NCBI GenBank assembly: GCA_965243135.1
Contig: OZ251539.1
Span: 5,056,001-5,120,000, forward strand
Source: Alphaproteobacteria bacterium
Lineage (GTDB): Bacteria > Pseudomonadota > Alphaproteobacteria > MPNO01 > UBA830
Direction of reading: 5' to 3'
Length of the DNA: 64,000 nucleotides
Shown here: piece by piece, positions 1 to 9,099 of the stretch
How positions within the stretch are numbered: the first letter of the stretch is position 1
How the letters are laid out: the number at the start of each line of letters is the position of its first letter
Position numbers and translations under genes: made by a program
Notes under the pieces: model-generated
The model's database searches: none
Seen by the model: only the letters and a program-made list of their open reading frames with translations
What the model was told of the DNA's origin: nothing

Positions 1-499
1 CCCCGACGATTCCCCGGGCGACGCCGCTTCCGCGAACGGCGCATAATCGCGGCCTCCCGGAATGCGTCGGGCTCCTCGGTGCAACGCAAGCGCCCTTCGG
101 GGAGTCGCCGTGCGAAGAAGTCGGCTTGAGTCGGCGCCGACGCCTCCACCTAGGTCCGCGTGGCTTCTGCGGCGAAATTAGGGCATCCAAGGTTTCGAAA
201 AGGGATGATTTGCGCGTTGCGATATGCCATAGTCGCGTCGCTGCGACGTTAAAGAATGGAGCAGGACGGACCTTTGACAGCCGTTTCGAAGGGTGCGCGC
301 CGCAGTCCGCGGGACGGAATGCCTGTCCCTTGGCGAGCAACGGCATTTTCCGGAGGAGAGGAATGAGCTTTCCCGCCTCGCGCCATTCCGCGCCTTCGTC
401 GAAAGAACGGGCTGGAGCCGCCGCGCCCGTCTTCGCGATCCGCCTTGCCGGTCGGAAACCGCGATCGAACCGCCGTTCGGCTTGCGAAGAGGCCGGCCT

Positions 500-922
500 A
501 TGAGCGGAAATCTCTCCCTGCGGGTTCGGACGGAGATCGAGGAACTGCGCCGGATCGACGAGGCGGTGGAAAAATTCGGAGCGGGGGAAGACTGGCCTCC
601 CAATCTGCTTTTTCAGGTCAAGCTCGCCCTCGAGGAGTTGGCGATCAACGTCATGAACCACGGGCACGACGACGACGGCGAGCACGAGATGGAAATCACG
701 CTGACTTCGGAGACGGACAAGCTGACCATCGAGTTGAGCGACGACGGCCGCGCCTTCAATCCGCTGGACGACGCTCCCGAGCCGGATCTCGATGCGGCGC
801 TCGAAGACCGCCCTATCGGCGGGTTGGGCGTTCACATGGTGCGCACCTTCATGGACGAGATGAGCTACCGGCGCGACGAAGGCAAAAATCATCTGACGCT
901 GATCAAGCGACGGGACGGCTGA
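500..922 (+). CDS. Anti-sigma regulatory factor, RsbW-like HATPase_c Ser/Thr kinase
   Basis: ATG at 500 inside ORF 293..922; motifs LALEELAINVMNHG, DDGRAFNP, GGLGVHMV. Confidence 0.85.
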   Translation: MSGNLSLRVRTEIEELRRIDEAVEKFGAGEDWPPNLLFQVKLALEELAINVMNHGHDDDGEHEMEITLTSETDKLTIELSDDGRAFNPLDDAPEPDLDAALEDRPIGGLGVHMVRTFMDEMSYRRDEGKNHLTLIKRRDG

Positions 923-1086
923 AAAACCCGGTCCGGCGCGACAGCCCGACTTTGGCGAACGCCGGAGCCTTGCACGGGGAGCCTCTCGTGGACACGCGTC
1001 GCCTCGGACGCGGGAAGGCGAATTGAAACCCGGGCGCCGCCGGGCTACGCTCGACCGCGTTCGAACATCCGGAAAAGGAGAATGAA

Positions 1087-1536
1087 ATGACCAAGCGGTA
1101 CCTGGGGGCGGTGCTGGCGACGCTGCTGATTTCCCTGCCGGCATCCGTACAGGCCCATTGCCAAATTCCGTGCGGCATCTACGACGACAACGCCCGGGTC
1201 GCGTCGATGCTCGAAGACGTCGCGACGATCCAGAAGGCCGTTTCGCAGATCGCGAACCTCGCCGGCAAGACCGATGCGCAATCGCAGAACCAGCTCGTCA
1301 GATGGGTCGTGAACAAGGAGCAGCATGCCCAGCGGATCATCGCCACGATCAGCGACTACTTCTTGACCCAAAGGGTCAAGGCGTCGCAGGCGGACTATGC
1401 CGAGCGCCTCCGGAAGCACCATGCGGTGATCGTCGCCGCCATGCGCGCGAAACAGAACGCGGGCGCGAAAATGGTGGCGGAATTGAAAACCGCCGTCCAG
1501 GCGCTCGAGCCGTACTACCCCGGACACAAACATTAG
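1087..1536 (+). CDS. sodN: Nickel superoxide dismutase precursor with Sec-type signal peptide
   Basis: Ni-hook HCQIPCGIYD directly after hydrophobic leader ending VQA; AAGGAG RBS upstream. Confidence 0.92.
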   Translation: MTKRYLGAVLATLLISLPASVQAHCQIPCGIYDDNARVASMLEDVATIQKAVSQIANLAGKTDAQSQNQLVRWVVNKEQHAQRIIATISDYFLTQRVKASQADYAERLRKHHAVIVAAMRAKQNAGAKMVAELKTAVQALEPYYPGHKH

Positions 1537-1550
1537 GAGCCGCGCCTCCT

Positions 1551-1631
1551 CGCTGCCTTCTGCAATTTCGAGCCTCCGGCGTCGTATGCAAAATCGTTCT
1601 TGCAAACGACGCCGGAGCGCCGCAGGCAGCG
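1551..1631 (+). terminator. Long imperfect hairpin 3' of sodN (terminator or RNA stability element)
   Basis: ctccggcgtcgtatgcaa (1574) pairs with ttgcaaacgacgccggag (to 1617) with one mismatch; outer cgctgcct/aggcagcg arms; no clear U-tract. Confidence 0.45.
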
Positions 1632-1721
1632 GGCGATCATCCTCGAAAAACAGAGGCTTTGAGTGACTTTTTCGCCGCAACGGACGGAGCCTGAGCCGTC
1701 CTCCCCGACGCCAAGCTCCCC

Positions 1722-2117
1722 ATGAAGGACTTGCGCCCGCCGCTTCGAGGCGGCCTGCCCGCATTCCAGACAATTGGTGACGAAGGGACCGCTTCTCTCG
1801 TTGAAGCAACAGATGTTGTGGAAATTCACGAAAACTGGATCGAAATGAGAAAATTCGAGTTCGACGACAACCTATATATTGCCGACCCTCCATTGCATTT
1901 TCGGGTGAAATTTGATTTGGAAAGTAAACTGTACGATCTTCGAGGCGAATTCGGAATTATTTTGGGTTCTCGGTCGCGGATTGAATTAATGAAGGACTTG
2001 AACGATACGCTTCGCGTGCTGTGGAATGAATATGCCAAGGAAAACCCTGAAAGATTGTCCGGAGATGCTCGGGATTTGCGAGACGAAATAAATAATAGAT
2101 TTCGAAAATGGTCTTGA
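1722..2117 (+). CDS. Hypothetical protein, probable HicB-like antitoxin partner
   Basis: Low-GC ORF overlapping the start of a HicA-like gene; beta-beta-beta-alpha-like pattern FRVKFDLESKLYDLRGEFGIILGSRSRIELMKDL; true start uncertain. Confidence 0.5.
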   Translation: MKDLRPPLRGGLPAFQTIGDEGTASLVEATDVVEIHENWIEMRKFEFDDNLYIADPPLHFRVKFDLESKLYDLRGEFGIILGSRSRIELMKDLNDTLRVLWNEYAKENPERLSGDARDLRDEINNRFRKWS

Positions 2118-3159
2118 AACGTAGAATGGTTCAATCTTCAATCACCGATTGAACGAAAAGAATTTGTAAAGGAAGACGACGGACACAAATACTTCATACA
2201 CAATAAATTTGACGAGATAATTACGTCGGCACGAACCATGATATCTCAGTGTGCCGTGGCAAGGCGCTTTCGTGGGTGCGAATCCCACCCAACAACTGTC
2301 GTTCCGGTCAGCTAGGGCGGTTTACGGAGGTAACGATGTAGATTGAAGCACTCTGGAAAAAAGGGCGGCGAAGGCCGCCCAGTGAACATGCGGGCCGAAA
2401 CGAGCAGTGAACCAGGCCTCGAAACGGGTAATGTGGGAGCTGACCCTCCTGAGATTAGGGGAATGACGGTCGGGAAGAGAACGACGGAAGCACCGACCGT
2501 TTCCGCCGGGGTAGTGATGTCGGCACGCATGGAAGATGAAGGAAGCAGCAACACAGGAAACTCTGCCGGTGACGCGCACGAGTCAACCGGAACCCCGCGA
2601 GGGGCAGGCCGGGCCGGCGGGGTGGCGGAGAGGCCCGTAGTGTAAGGCCGGCGGAGGAAAAGGGCGCGAGGAAGGGCACCGCAGGGGAGAAGGGGCTATG
2701 CCTAACAACCGACTACATGTCAGAGATCCCGGAAGCGCCGCAAGCGAAGAAACCCGGTCGAGAGGCCGGGGCCGTCGAGGCGTAAACAAGCTTGGCGACG
2801 GAAAGCGGGAACAGGCGTAAATGGGAGACGGTGCGACTCCCGGGTCTGGAAGACCGGCCGTTCCGGGAACGCTGCCAATTCATCCGTGGGCGAGACGCAT
2901 GGCTGGAGGCGCGGGAAACCCGCACGTCCGGTTCGGAGAGCGGGGACTGGAAACGTGGCCACGGAAGCCGGACTGAGGCCCGGAGCGAAAACGACGGAAC
3001 CCGGACCCTAACGCTAACGCGCTAGTCCTCGACTCTACCGGAAGAGGGAACGCAGATATCGGTGATGGTCGGATGGTAATATTGGAACCAGAAAGATATT
3101 TGAATGCAAAAATAGACGAGGATTTAGATTTGCCTATATCATTCTGTACAACAGATTAG
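2108..3159 (+). pseudogene. HicA-like toxin gene, frameshifted near 2150 and interrupted by a group II intron
   Basis: MVLKRRMVQSS, then after a +1 shift ERKEFVKEDDGHKYFIH...ARTMIS; joining 2248 to 3039 gives SH-GRGNADIGDG, a HicA-like SHG..DIG motif. Confidence 0.65.
2249..3038 (+). mobile_element. ORF-less (IEP-deleted) group II intron, 790 nt
   Basis: 5' GTGTG; EBS1 TGAGAT (2450-2455) in a stem loop complementary to exon end ATCTCA (2243-2248); DV-like gcgggaaacccgcacgtccggttc at ~2900-2934; DVI stem ggggactgg/ctagtcctc with bulged A at 3032; 3' end ...ctcgactctAC. Confidence 0.88.
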
Positions 3160-5650
3160 GATCGGCTTCTTCGCCACGGTATATCGCAAGAATTTCATCC
3201 GATATTTTTGCCATTGTCTTCATTTTACCTTTTTCCCATGTGCCGTTACTTTTGCAATGATCTAATCTCTTTATTATCTCTTGAGTGATTTCCGAATCGT
3301 CGTCCAGAGCAATATTTCCCATCGATTTCACTCGGGCCAACCCGCCAAGCAAGAGAAGAGCATACCGCATTTGTAGATGCGCTTCCATTTTCCATCTGTC
3401 CGGCATAATTGGATCATCCTTTATTTCCGATATCTTTTTCCACGCTATCTCCGCGAGCTTCTCGATCCAATCCGTGCGCCGGTTCAGAAGCTCTCCCGCT
3501 GTTCGTCGGCGAGCAAGAAGGTGGCTAAGGCACGCGAGCGCGTCGCACTCGAACGGTTTGTCCTCGTCGTCAAGAGCACCCCGGATCGCTCGCCGCATTC
3601 TTTCTTCATCAACAACTGCTCGCCCTAGACCATGCAGAATCGCCCTGTGTGCCGCTTCGTGCGTATATTCCACCGTGCGCCGAGCGCTCTCGATTCCCCA
3701 AACCGCATCAAGCAATAGATCCAGAAGCTCACCGGGACATTTCGCAAAAGTCCAGCTCGGAACGGTGTGCAACCGGTTTCGGGCCTTTATTCCAATATCT
3801 TGATCAAATCCCTGCCTGTACCACCTCAACAAAGTGCGCACCCCTACTATCATCACCTCATTCAGATCCCGTTCCGCTAGCACCCGCTGTTCGGCGGTCC
3901 ACCCTGACGATTCGTTCGCTGGCGGGAGATCACCATCCGTTCCCACAGCATACCGTTGGTTTACAGGAGGTTTCCCACGCGGCTTGCACAACCATTTGTA
4001 CAAGTAGTCCCGTTCTTGATCGGTAATCGCATCTTGCCCGCTCTTTCTGCAACGGTTTGCAGCATCCTTAAGCATCGTGGCATGAGCCGTTAATTCTCCA
4101 TTTTCCCACCACGCTTCTTCCGCAGCTCTATAGTGCACAAGGTGAGGAACAACGGACATGATATCTTTCGCCTTTGGACGGAACACTATTTTTTTCGGTT
4201 CTTCACTCCATGGCCTGTAGGTTCGCGAGGTGATCTCTATTCTCGCGTATCCGGTAGCGGGCTGTTGCACGGCGACGATCATAACATCGTGATCACGTTC
4301 GGTCGTCTCGATCTCGATCCGCTCACTGTACCTAGTCGCACCTTTTCGGAGCGGAACCATAAGTTCCGATTTCCCTTTCTCTAATTTGAGACCTTCACTC
4401 ACTTTCTTCGCTCTGTCAGCTGGTGTTCGGTAAGGTTCGCCCGCCCGTACAACTTCATTCTCACAAATAAGAGACAATTGTTTTTTCCGCCTTTTCTTTC
4501 CTTGAATGACCGTAAGGGAAAGCCCTTCCAAGTGATCAAACCACGGTGTTTCACCCTGTTCAATCGACCTTGCGGCAAGGAGCGCACCCCGGCTTCCCGC
4601 ATAGGGGGGCGCATTCAGCGGCTCTCGTCCATCTTTCCTCAAACTCTTCTCTAGCGCCTCCGTAACGCTCTTCCCAATGGGGCTCCATACAATTACCGTA
4701 TTCACATCCTCTAGGTTTTCGGCAGCATCTGTTGGCTCCTGCGCGTTATCCACGGTCCCCGGTGCAACCATTTTAATCCACTTTCCGCCTTCGTTGCGGA
4801 TCCACGCGTCCTCCGACCCGCCGCTTGCCCAGTGTTCGATCGCCCGGGTTTGTTGCTCCACCTTGTCCGCGTCGCGCCATGGAGTGATTTGCATCCGAAT
4901 CGTCTCGCATATCCAGTTCCACCCAGTCAGCCATGGGCGGATATCCTGGGGGCCTTTCCTTACTGGCAAGATGCGTCCTGTTTTCTCGTCTTTTTTCAGA
5001 CGAAATACATGCGTTCTGATCTCATTTCCGTAGCTAACGATGACGCCTACGCTCTCCTTTTCCATCAATGCCGGCATTCTTTCGAGCATTGCCAACGCTA
5101 CGCTCACCGAATCCCACACCAAATGAACTTTCGTCCCTCCAAGCGCTCTCCTGCCAAGCGCTTCTAACACCCTCGCTTGAACGACCTCGGTCATCTCTAA
5201 ATCGTCTGGAATGCAAAATCCCGCATTTCTCGTGATGCTTCGCGCTCCCTCCCTGCAACCGATAGCGCTTTGCACGCCCGCAAGGAGCACATCGCTAGCG
5301 GAAATTTTTTGCTCTTCGTCCTCTCCTGTGTCCTTTATCAGTAGATGATCCGACTCGTTGGCAACTTCTTCGCTCTCGACCTTCCTGATCTCGCGCCAAG
5401 CGTCCGCCGTTTCACGCCGTCTCGCCAGATTTCCTTTCTCTCCAAATTCTGATCCCCGTCCAAAAATGGTGGAGATCGCCCCTAAGCCGGCAACTAGCTT
5501 TGTCTTTCCGTCTTTCGCTCTGTCGGCCCGTACAGTGACACTTCGGGGACCCTCGTTACGTTCCCTACGTTGTGCGTCCATGGCGTCGCCTTCCGTCGCC
5601 ACGTAGTCCCATAACCCATTAAGGTCTATTCCCGCGATTTCGCGGCTCAT
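3134..5650 (-). CDS. 838-aa hypothetical protein; N-terminal actin/Hsp70-like ATPase fold and helical C-terminus; last gene of McrBC-variant operon
   Basis: ATG at 5650 overlaps upstream stop (ATGA); GIDLNG resembles Hsp70 phosphate-1 GIDLG; FCIPD and HLVWDSVSVAL resemble Hsp70 ITVPA and connect-1 segments. Confidence 0.6.
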   Translation of the reverse strand: MSREIAGIDLNGLWDYVATEGDAMDAQRRERNEGPRSVTVRADRAKDGKTKLVAGLGAISTIFGRGSEFGEKGNLARRRETADAWREIRKVESEEVANESDHLLIKDTGEDEEQKISASDVLLAGVQSAIGCREGARSITRNAGFCIPDDLEMTEVVQARVLEALGRRALGGTKVHLVWDSVSVALAMLERMPALMEKESVGVIVSYGNEIRTHVFRLKKDEKTGRILPVRKGPQDIRPWLTGWNWICETIRMQITPWRDADKVEQQTRAIEHWASGGSEDAWIRNEGGKWIKMVAPGTVDNAQEPTDAAENLEDVNTVIVWSPIGKSVTEALEKSLRKDGREPLNAPPYAGSRGALLAARSIEQGETPWFDHLEGLSLTVIQGKKRRKKQLSLICENEVVRAGEPYRTPADRAKKVSEGLKLEKGKSELMVPLRKGATRYSERIEIETTERDHDVMIVAVQQPATGYARIEITSRTYRPWSEEPKKIVFRPKAKDIMSVVPHLVHYRAAEEAWWENGELTAHATMLKDAANRCRKSGQDAITDQERDYLYKWLCKPRGKPPVNQRYAVGTDGDLPPANESSGWTAEQRVLAERDLNEVMIVGVRTLLRWYRQGFDQDIGIKARNRLHTVPSWTFAKCPGELLDLLLDAVWGIESARRTVEYTHEAAHRAILHGLGRAVVDEERMRRAIRGALDDEDKPFECDALACLSHLLARRRTAGELLNRRTDWIEKLAEIAWKKISEIKDDPIMPDRWKMEAHLQMRYALLLLGGLARVKSMGNIALDDDSEITQEIIKRLDHCKSNGTWEKGKMKTMAKISDEILAIYRGEEADPNLLYRMI

Positions 5651-7197
5651 CGTTTCCCCGCCCGGGCTTGGAGGTGATCGACAGCCTTCTGGATCGAATT
5701 CAGAACGCACCCCAGACCGCTCTCAGGTCTCATTCGTTCCGCAAAGACGCGACATTCGTGCCGTTTCCCACCAGTGCTCATTCTCCGGGGATTTTCTTGC
5801 GGCATCCTTTCCTGCACAGTGAGAACCCCAATGTCATACGGTATCTCTTCACGTTCATTTCTGCTAGCGAGTTCCTCCATTCGATCAAGGTATCGAAGCT
5901 CTCCCTGCCCCGTTCCCAAAACATAGAATGCTAACTTTGCTTCCTTTTTGGACGCATTTTCAATCATACCCAGCGTGATCGCACAACAAGAGCCAGATGG
6001 CGCTTCGCTGTTCGGCTCTACCCCGCTGGCTTGTATCTCCATCCACCATCCCGTGTCGGGCTGGATAAGCAAACAGAACGGTTTCTGTTCCAACGCAAGC
6101 CAGCGTCCTTTTTCCTGTCCTGTCCGAAGAACCACTGGCGGCTTCACCACGGGCGTCCAACTTTCAAAGTTCATCACCGCGACGCTCACGGCTAGCAACC
6201 CCAACTCGTTCCATGCCTCCGCTTGCCAGCTCCAAAGCTCATCTTCGAGATCCATTCTCTGAATCAGTTGTTCCCTAGCTGTCCAGATCCGTCGGTAGTC
6301 AGGGTTCATCCTCAGAACTTGATTGGGTTCCGCTCCCGCCTCAAGCTTTCTGACCCCCGCTTCCCTCAACGCCGCCGCAACGTTTGTGCACTCTCTCCCC
6401 CACTGAATGAGCTGTGCATCTATGCTCCATCCTTGCGAGAGCCGCTGGACTTCCCGCGCGGTCATCTCCGCGAAATCTCGCACCACTCGGTTTTCGCGGG
6501 TGTTGTGGTTCGTTATCCGCATTTCCGTGAGAATGCCCCGCTTGGCGCGCTCCTCTATTGTGCGGCCGGGTTTCCCTGCTAGCCATTTGATGCTTTTTCG
6601 GCTGGTTCGTTCCACGCGCTCTGGAGCTACGATCCGTTCCTCCCGCGCAAGCACTGTTTTCGGATTTCGCCCGATTCGGCGAAGCACCAGCGGCAGTTCC
6701 CGTGCATGCTGTTTCAGTACTTCCGTCCTTGGCTCATAATCACCAGAGAGTTCGCGTTCAAACGCCGCCTTAGCCTGCGCCCATTCTCTACCCGCTCCCC
6801 AAGCCCTCGTTTCCTCAATCTGGCGAATCCGCGCCGCCACGTCGATATGTGCTCCTCTTTTACAACCTGCATCGTTGAAGTCGTCTTCGCTCCACCTGAT
6901 CGTGTCAACGGAGCCGTTCGCGCTCACATGCTGCACAGGGGGCGTTCTTGGCCGGGGAAGCGGAATCCGCCAAGCCGTTCGTTCTTCGTCATCACTCGTC
7001 GCAACCCATTCGGGTTGGAGCGCTCGGAATCCGTTCAGCCGAGGTTTTGCGTCTGCAGCCGTAACCGCGAATACTCCAGTAAGCGCACTGTTTTCTGACC
7101 CGTCGGCCTCTGTTTCCGGCCCCGCGTTCGCCGGCCTACCCGCGAGTGCACGTGTGAGGTTTCGCAGTCCCCTCGTAACCTGAATATCTTGGGGCAT
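5647..7197 (-). CDS. DUF2357-domain McrC-like protein
   Basis: HNTRENRVVRDF and PNQVLRMNPDYRRIW are typical DUF2357 motifs; abuts the McrB-like gene. Confidence 0.75.
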   Translation of the reverse strand: MPQDIQVTRGLRNLTRALAGRPANAGPETEADGSENSALTGVFAVTAADAKPRLNGFRALQPEWVATSDDEERTAWRIPLPRPRTPPVQHVSANGSVDTIRWSEDDFNDAGCKRGAHIDVAARIRQIEETRAWGAGREWAQAKAAFERELSGDYEPRTEVLKQHARELPLVLRRIGRNPKTVLAREERIVAPERVERTSRKSIKWLAGKPGRTIEERAKRGILTEMRITNHNTRENRVVRDFAEMTAREVQRLSQGWSIDAQLIQWGRECTNVAAALREAGVRKLEAGAEPNQVLRMNPDYRRIWTAREQLIQRMDLEDELWSWQAEAWNELGLLAVSVAVMNFESWTPVVKPPVVLRTGQEKGRWLALEQKPFCLLIQPDTGWWMEIQASGVEPNSEAPSGSCCAITLGMIENASKKEAKLAFYVLGTGQGELRYLDRMEELASRNEREEIPYDIGVLTVQERMPQENPRRMSTGGKRHECRVFAERMRPESGLGCVLNSIQKAVDHLQARAGKR

Positions 7198-9099
7198 CTA
7201 TCCGATCTGCCGTCCAGTCCAGGCGAACGTACCCACGCTGTGCATCGTGTTCGTCGCGTTCGAAACCGCGTTTGCCAGATCCTGATCATCGAGATTCTGA
7301 TCGCAGATCTTGCTCAGCCGGTCCAATGCGTCCGCCGCTCCTTGATTGGCACCGTCGATTCCGGTGAGCTTCGGTAGCACCCTCATCTCGACTTGGTCCA
7401 CAAGGGCATTCCTCCAGTCCTTTGAAGGATAGCGCTCAATGTATCGCGCCATCGCCTGTCCCATCCGGTGACCGAAGGGCCGACCAACTCTTTCCATCAC
7501 TTCTTCGTTAATCAAAGTGATTGTCTGCCGAGCTTCACTTTCCATTTCCCGCCCTTCGCACCATCTCCGCCAATTCTCATCTTTGAGGGCTTTCTCTCCT
7601 CCCTCTCGTCCGTTCTTATCCAAGCCAGTCCCCATAGCTGTAAATTGGATCTCCTGCGGCCTGGGAAATCGGATAACGTTTGAGCGGTCAATCACCTTGT
7701 CCGAAAGCGTCTGCGTGCTTTCGTCCTCATTCATCGTGCCCACCCACAGGATTCGCTCCGAGGGATAGATTCTTTCCGCTTCTTCACCTTCTCCATGCGG
7801 CACGTCGAGCTCGATCATCGTCTCTGGACGTGGTCCGCCTTCTTTAAATTCTTCTCGCGCCTGCCTCAGCTCCAAGCGACTCAAGAAGTCTGAAAAATAG
7901 TACTCGGTACGAGCTAAGTTCATTTCGTCTAGCAATACCATCGCCATACGGCCGTCTTCTTGCTCGTTCTTCCGTCCTTGGTCGAAGTTCCACAAGAGGC
8001 GCGCAAGCTCTGTAGCCTGATACCTTCCATGCATGTAATCATACGAACCAACCAAGTCGATCGGGCTATCCCACCGCGGTTGCACAGGCACAACCAATAA
8101 ATACATTCCCATCGCCTCGGCATACGCCCGCGGTAGCTGCGTCTTCCCCGTGCCGCTAATTCCAGCAAGAACGGTAAGCGGCGACACCTCCGCTATTTTG
8201 AGCGAGGTATGCAACCTCCACACCATTCTTTGGTTGAACTTGAGGCCCCATTGACGAATGAGGCTTATCGCCTCGTCTAGCGCTTCGTTTTCGTCTTGAA
8301 TTGGTTTGTCTGATCTATAGCCTCCTACACAACCCGGTTGTCTGGTAAGGTTTCCTAGGCGGGTTTTACCTTGTTTATTTTCACCTAATTTTCCGCCCAT
8401 CTCTCCTTTCATCTTCTCCACCTCTCTTTCGTAACTTTCTTTTCTGACTTCCGCAGACCGGGCTCTATCTTCCGCTTCATTGGCTCTTTTTTCCGCAGAT
8501 TCTGCTACTTCCTTTTTCCGTTCCAATTCCGATTCAATAGAAGCCAATTCTTTGCTTTTTTCTGCTATTTCTTTTGCAAATTTATTGATTTCATCTTCTA
8601 GAATCTTCTTTTCTTCCTGAGCCGATTTCTTCCATTCGATAAACTGTTCTTTTTTGGGATCGAATTCTTCCACATACTTTTGAAGTCTATTCTTCTTTTC
8701 TTCCATCTCGGCCATCTCCTTTTCCATTCGGTCCCGCTGTTCCTGAACCATTTCACCCTTCCTTGCGATCTCCCGAATCTTCAATTCTTCTTCTTTCGCA
8801 AATTGGTCGAGCGCTTTGCGCTGTTCGCCCAGACCAGAATATTCTTCCTCGATCTCTTTTATTTCCCGGGTAAGTTCTTCAATTTTTTTTGCCAAATTTT
8901 CGCTTGTCTCGGCCTTTCCTCGAACTTCCTCGTACTTCTTTTCGGCCTCGTTAATGCGTCTCGCCGCCTGATCGTATCGATCCTCCATTGACGAACCATT
9001 TCCACTTCGTCTGTGGAAGGTGAGCCATGCTACGGTCCAGCCTCCTGCCAATGCGGCCCCTACGACACTCGCCACAGTCCACGGGATTTCCCAGATCAT
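7198..9099 (-). CDS. McrB-like AAA+ GTPase with N-terminal TM helix and long coiled coil
   Basis: Walker A GISGTGKT, Walker B MVLLDEMNLA, GTMNEDEST (NxD variant), KVIDRS arginine finger; hydrophobic residues ~5-27; E/K-rich heptads ~35-230. Confidence 0.85.
   Translation of the reverse strand: MIWEIPWTVASVVGAALAGGWTVAWLTFHRRSGNGSSMEDRYDQAARRINEAEKKYEEVRGKAETSENLAKKIEELTREIKEIEEEYSGLGEQRKALDQFAKEEELKIREIARKGEMVQEQRDRMEKEMAEMEEKKNRLQKYVEEFDPKKEQFIEWKKSAQEEKKILEDEINKFAKEIAEKSKELASIESELERKKEVAESAEKRANEAEDRARSAEVRKESYEREVEKMKGEMGGKLGENKQGKTRLGNLTRQPGCVGGYRSDKPIQDENEALDEAISLIRQWGLKFNQRMVWRLHTSLKIAEVSPLTVLAGISGTGKTQLPRAYAEAMGMYLLVVPVQPRWDSPIDLVGSYDYMHGRYQATELARLLWNFDQGRKNEQEDGRMAMVLLDEMNLARTEYYFSDFLSRLELRQAREEFKEGGPRPETMIELDVPHGEGEEAERIYPSERILWVGTMNEDESTQTLSDKVIDRSNVIRFPRPQEIQFTAMGTGLDKNGREGGEKALKDENWRRWCEGREMESEARQTITLINEEVMERVGRPFGHRMGQAMARYIERYPSKDWRNALVDQVEMRVLPKLTGIDGANQGAADALDRLSKICDQNLDDQDLANAVSNATNTMHSVGTFAWTGRQIG

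Noticed and set aside
2270-2292. gggtgcgaatcccaccc resembling a tRNA T-arm or an att site
   Set aside because: No acceptor, D or anticodon arms; it is a domain I hairpin of the group II intron
2312-3025. Several short ORFs on both strands
   Set aside because: They lie within the structured intron RNA and show no RT or other protein motifs
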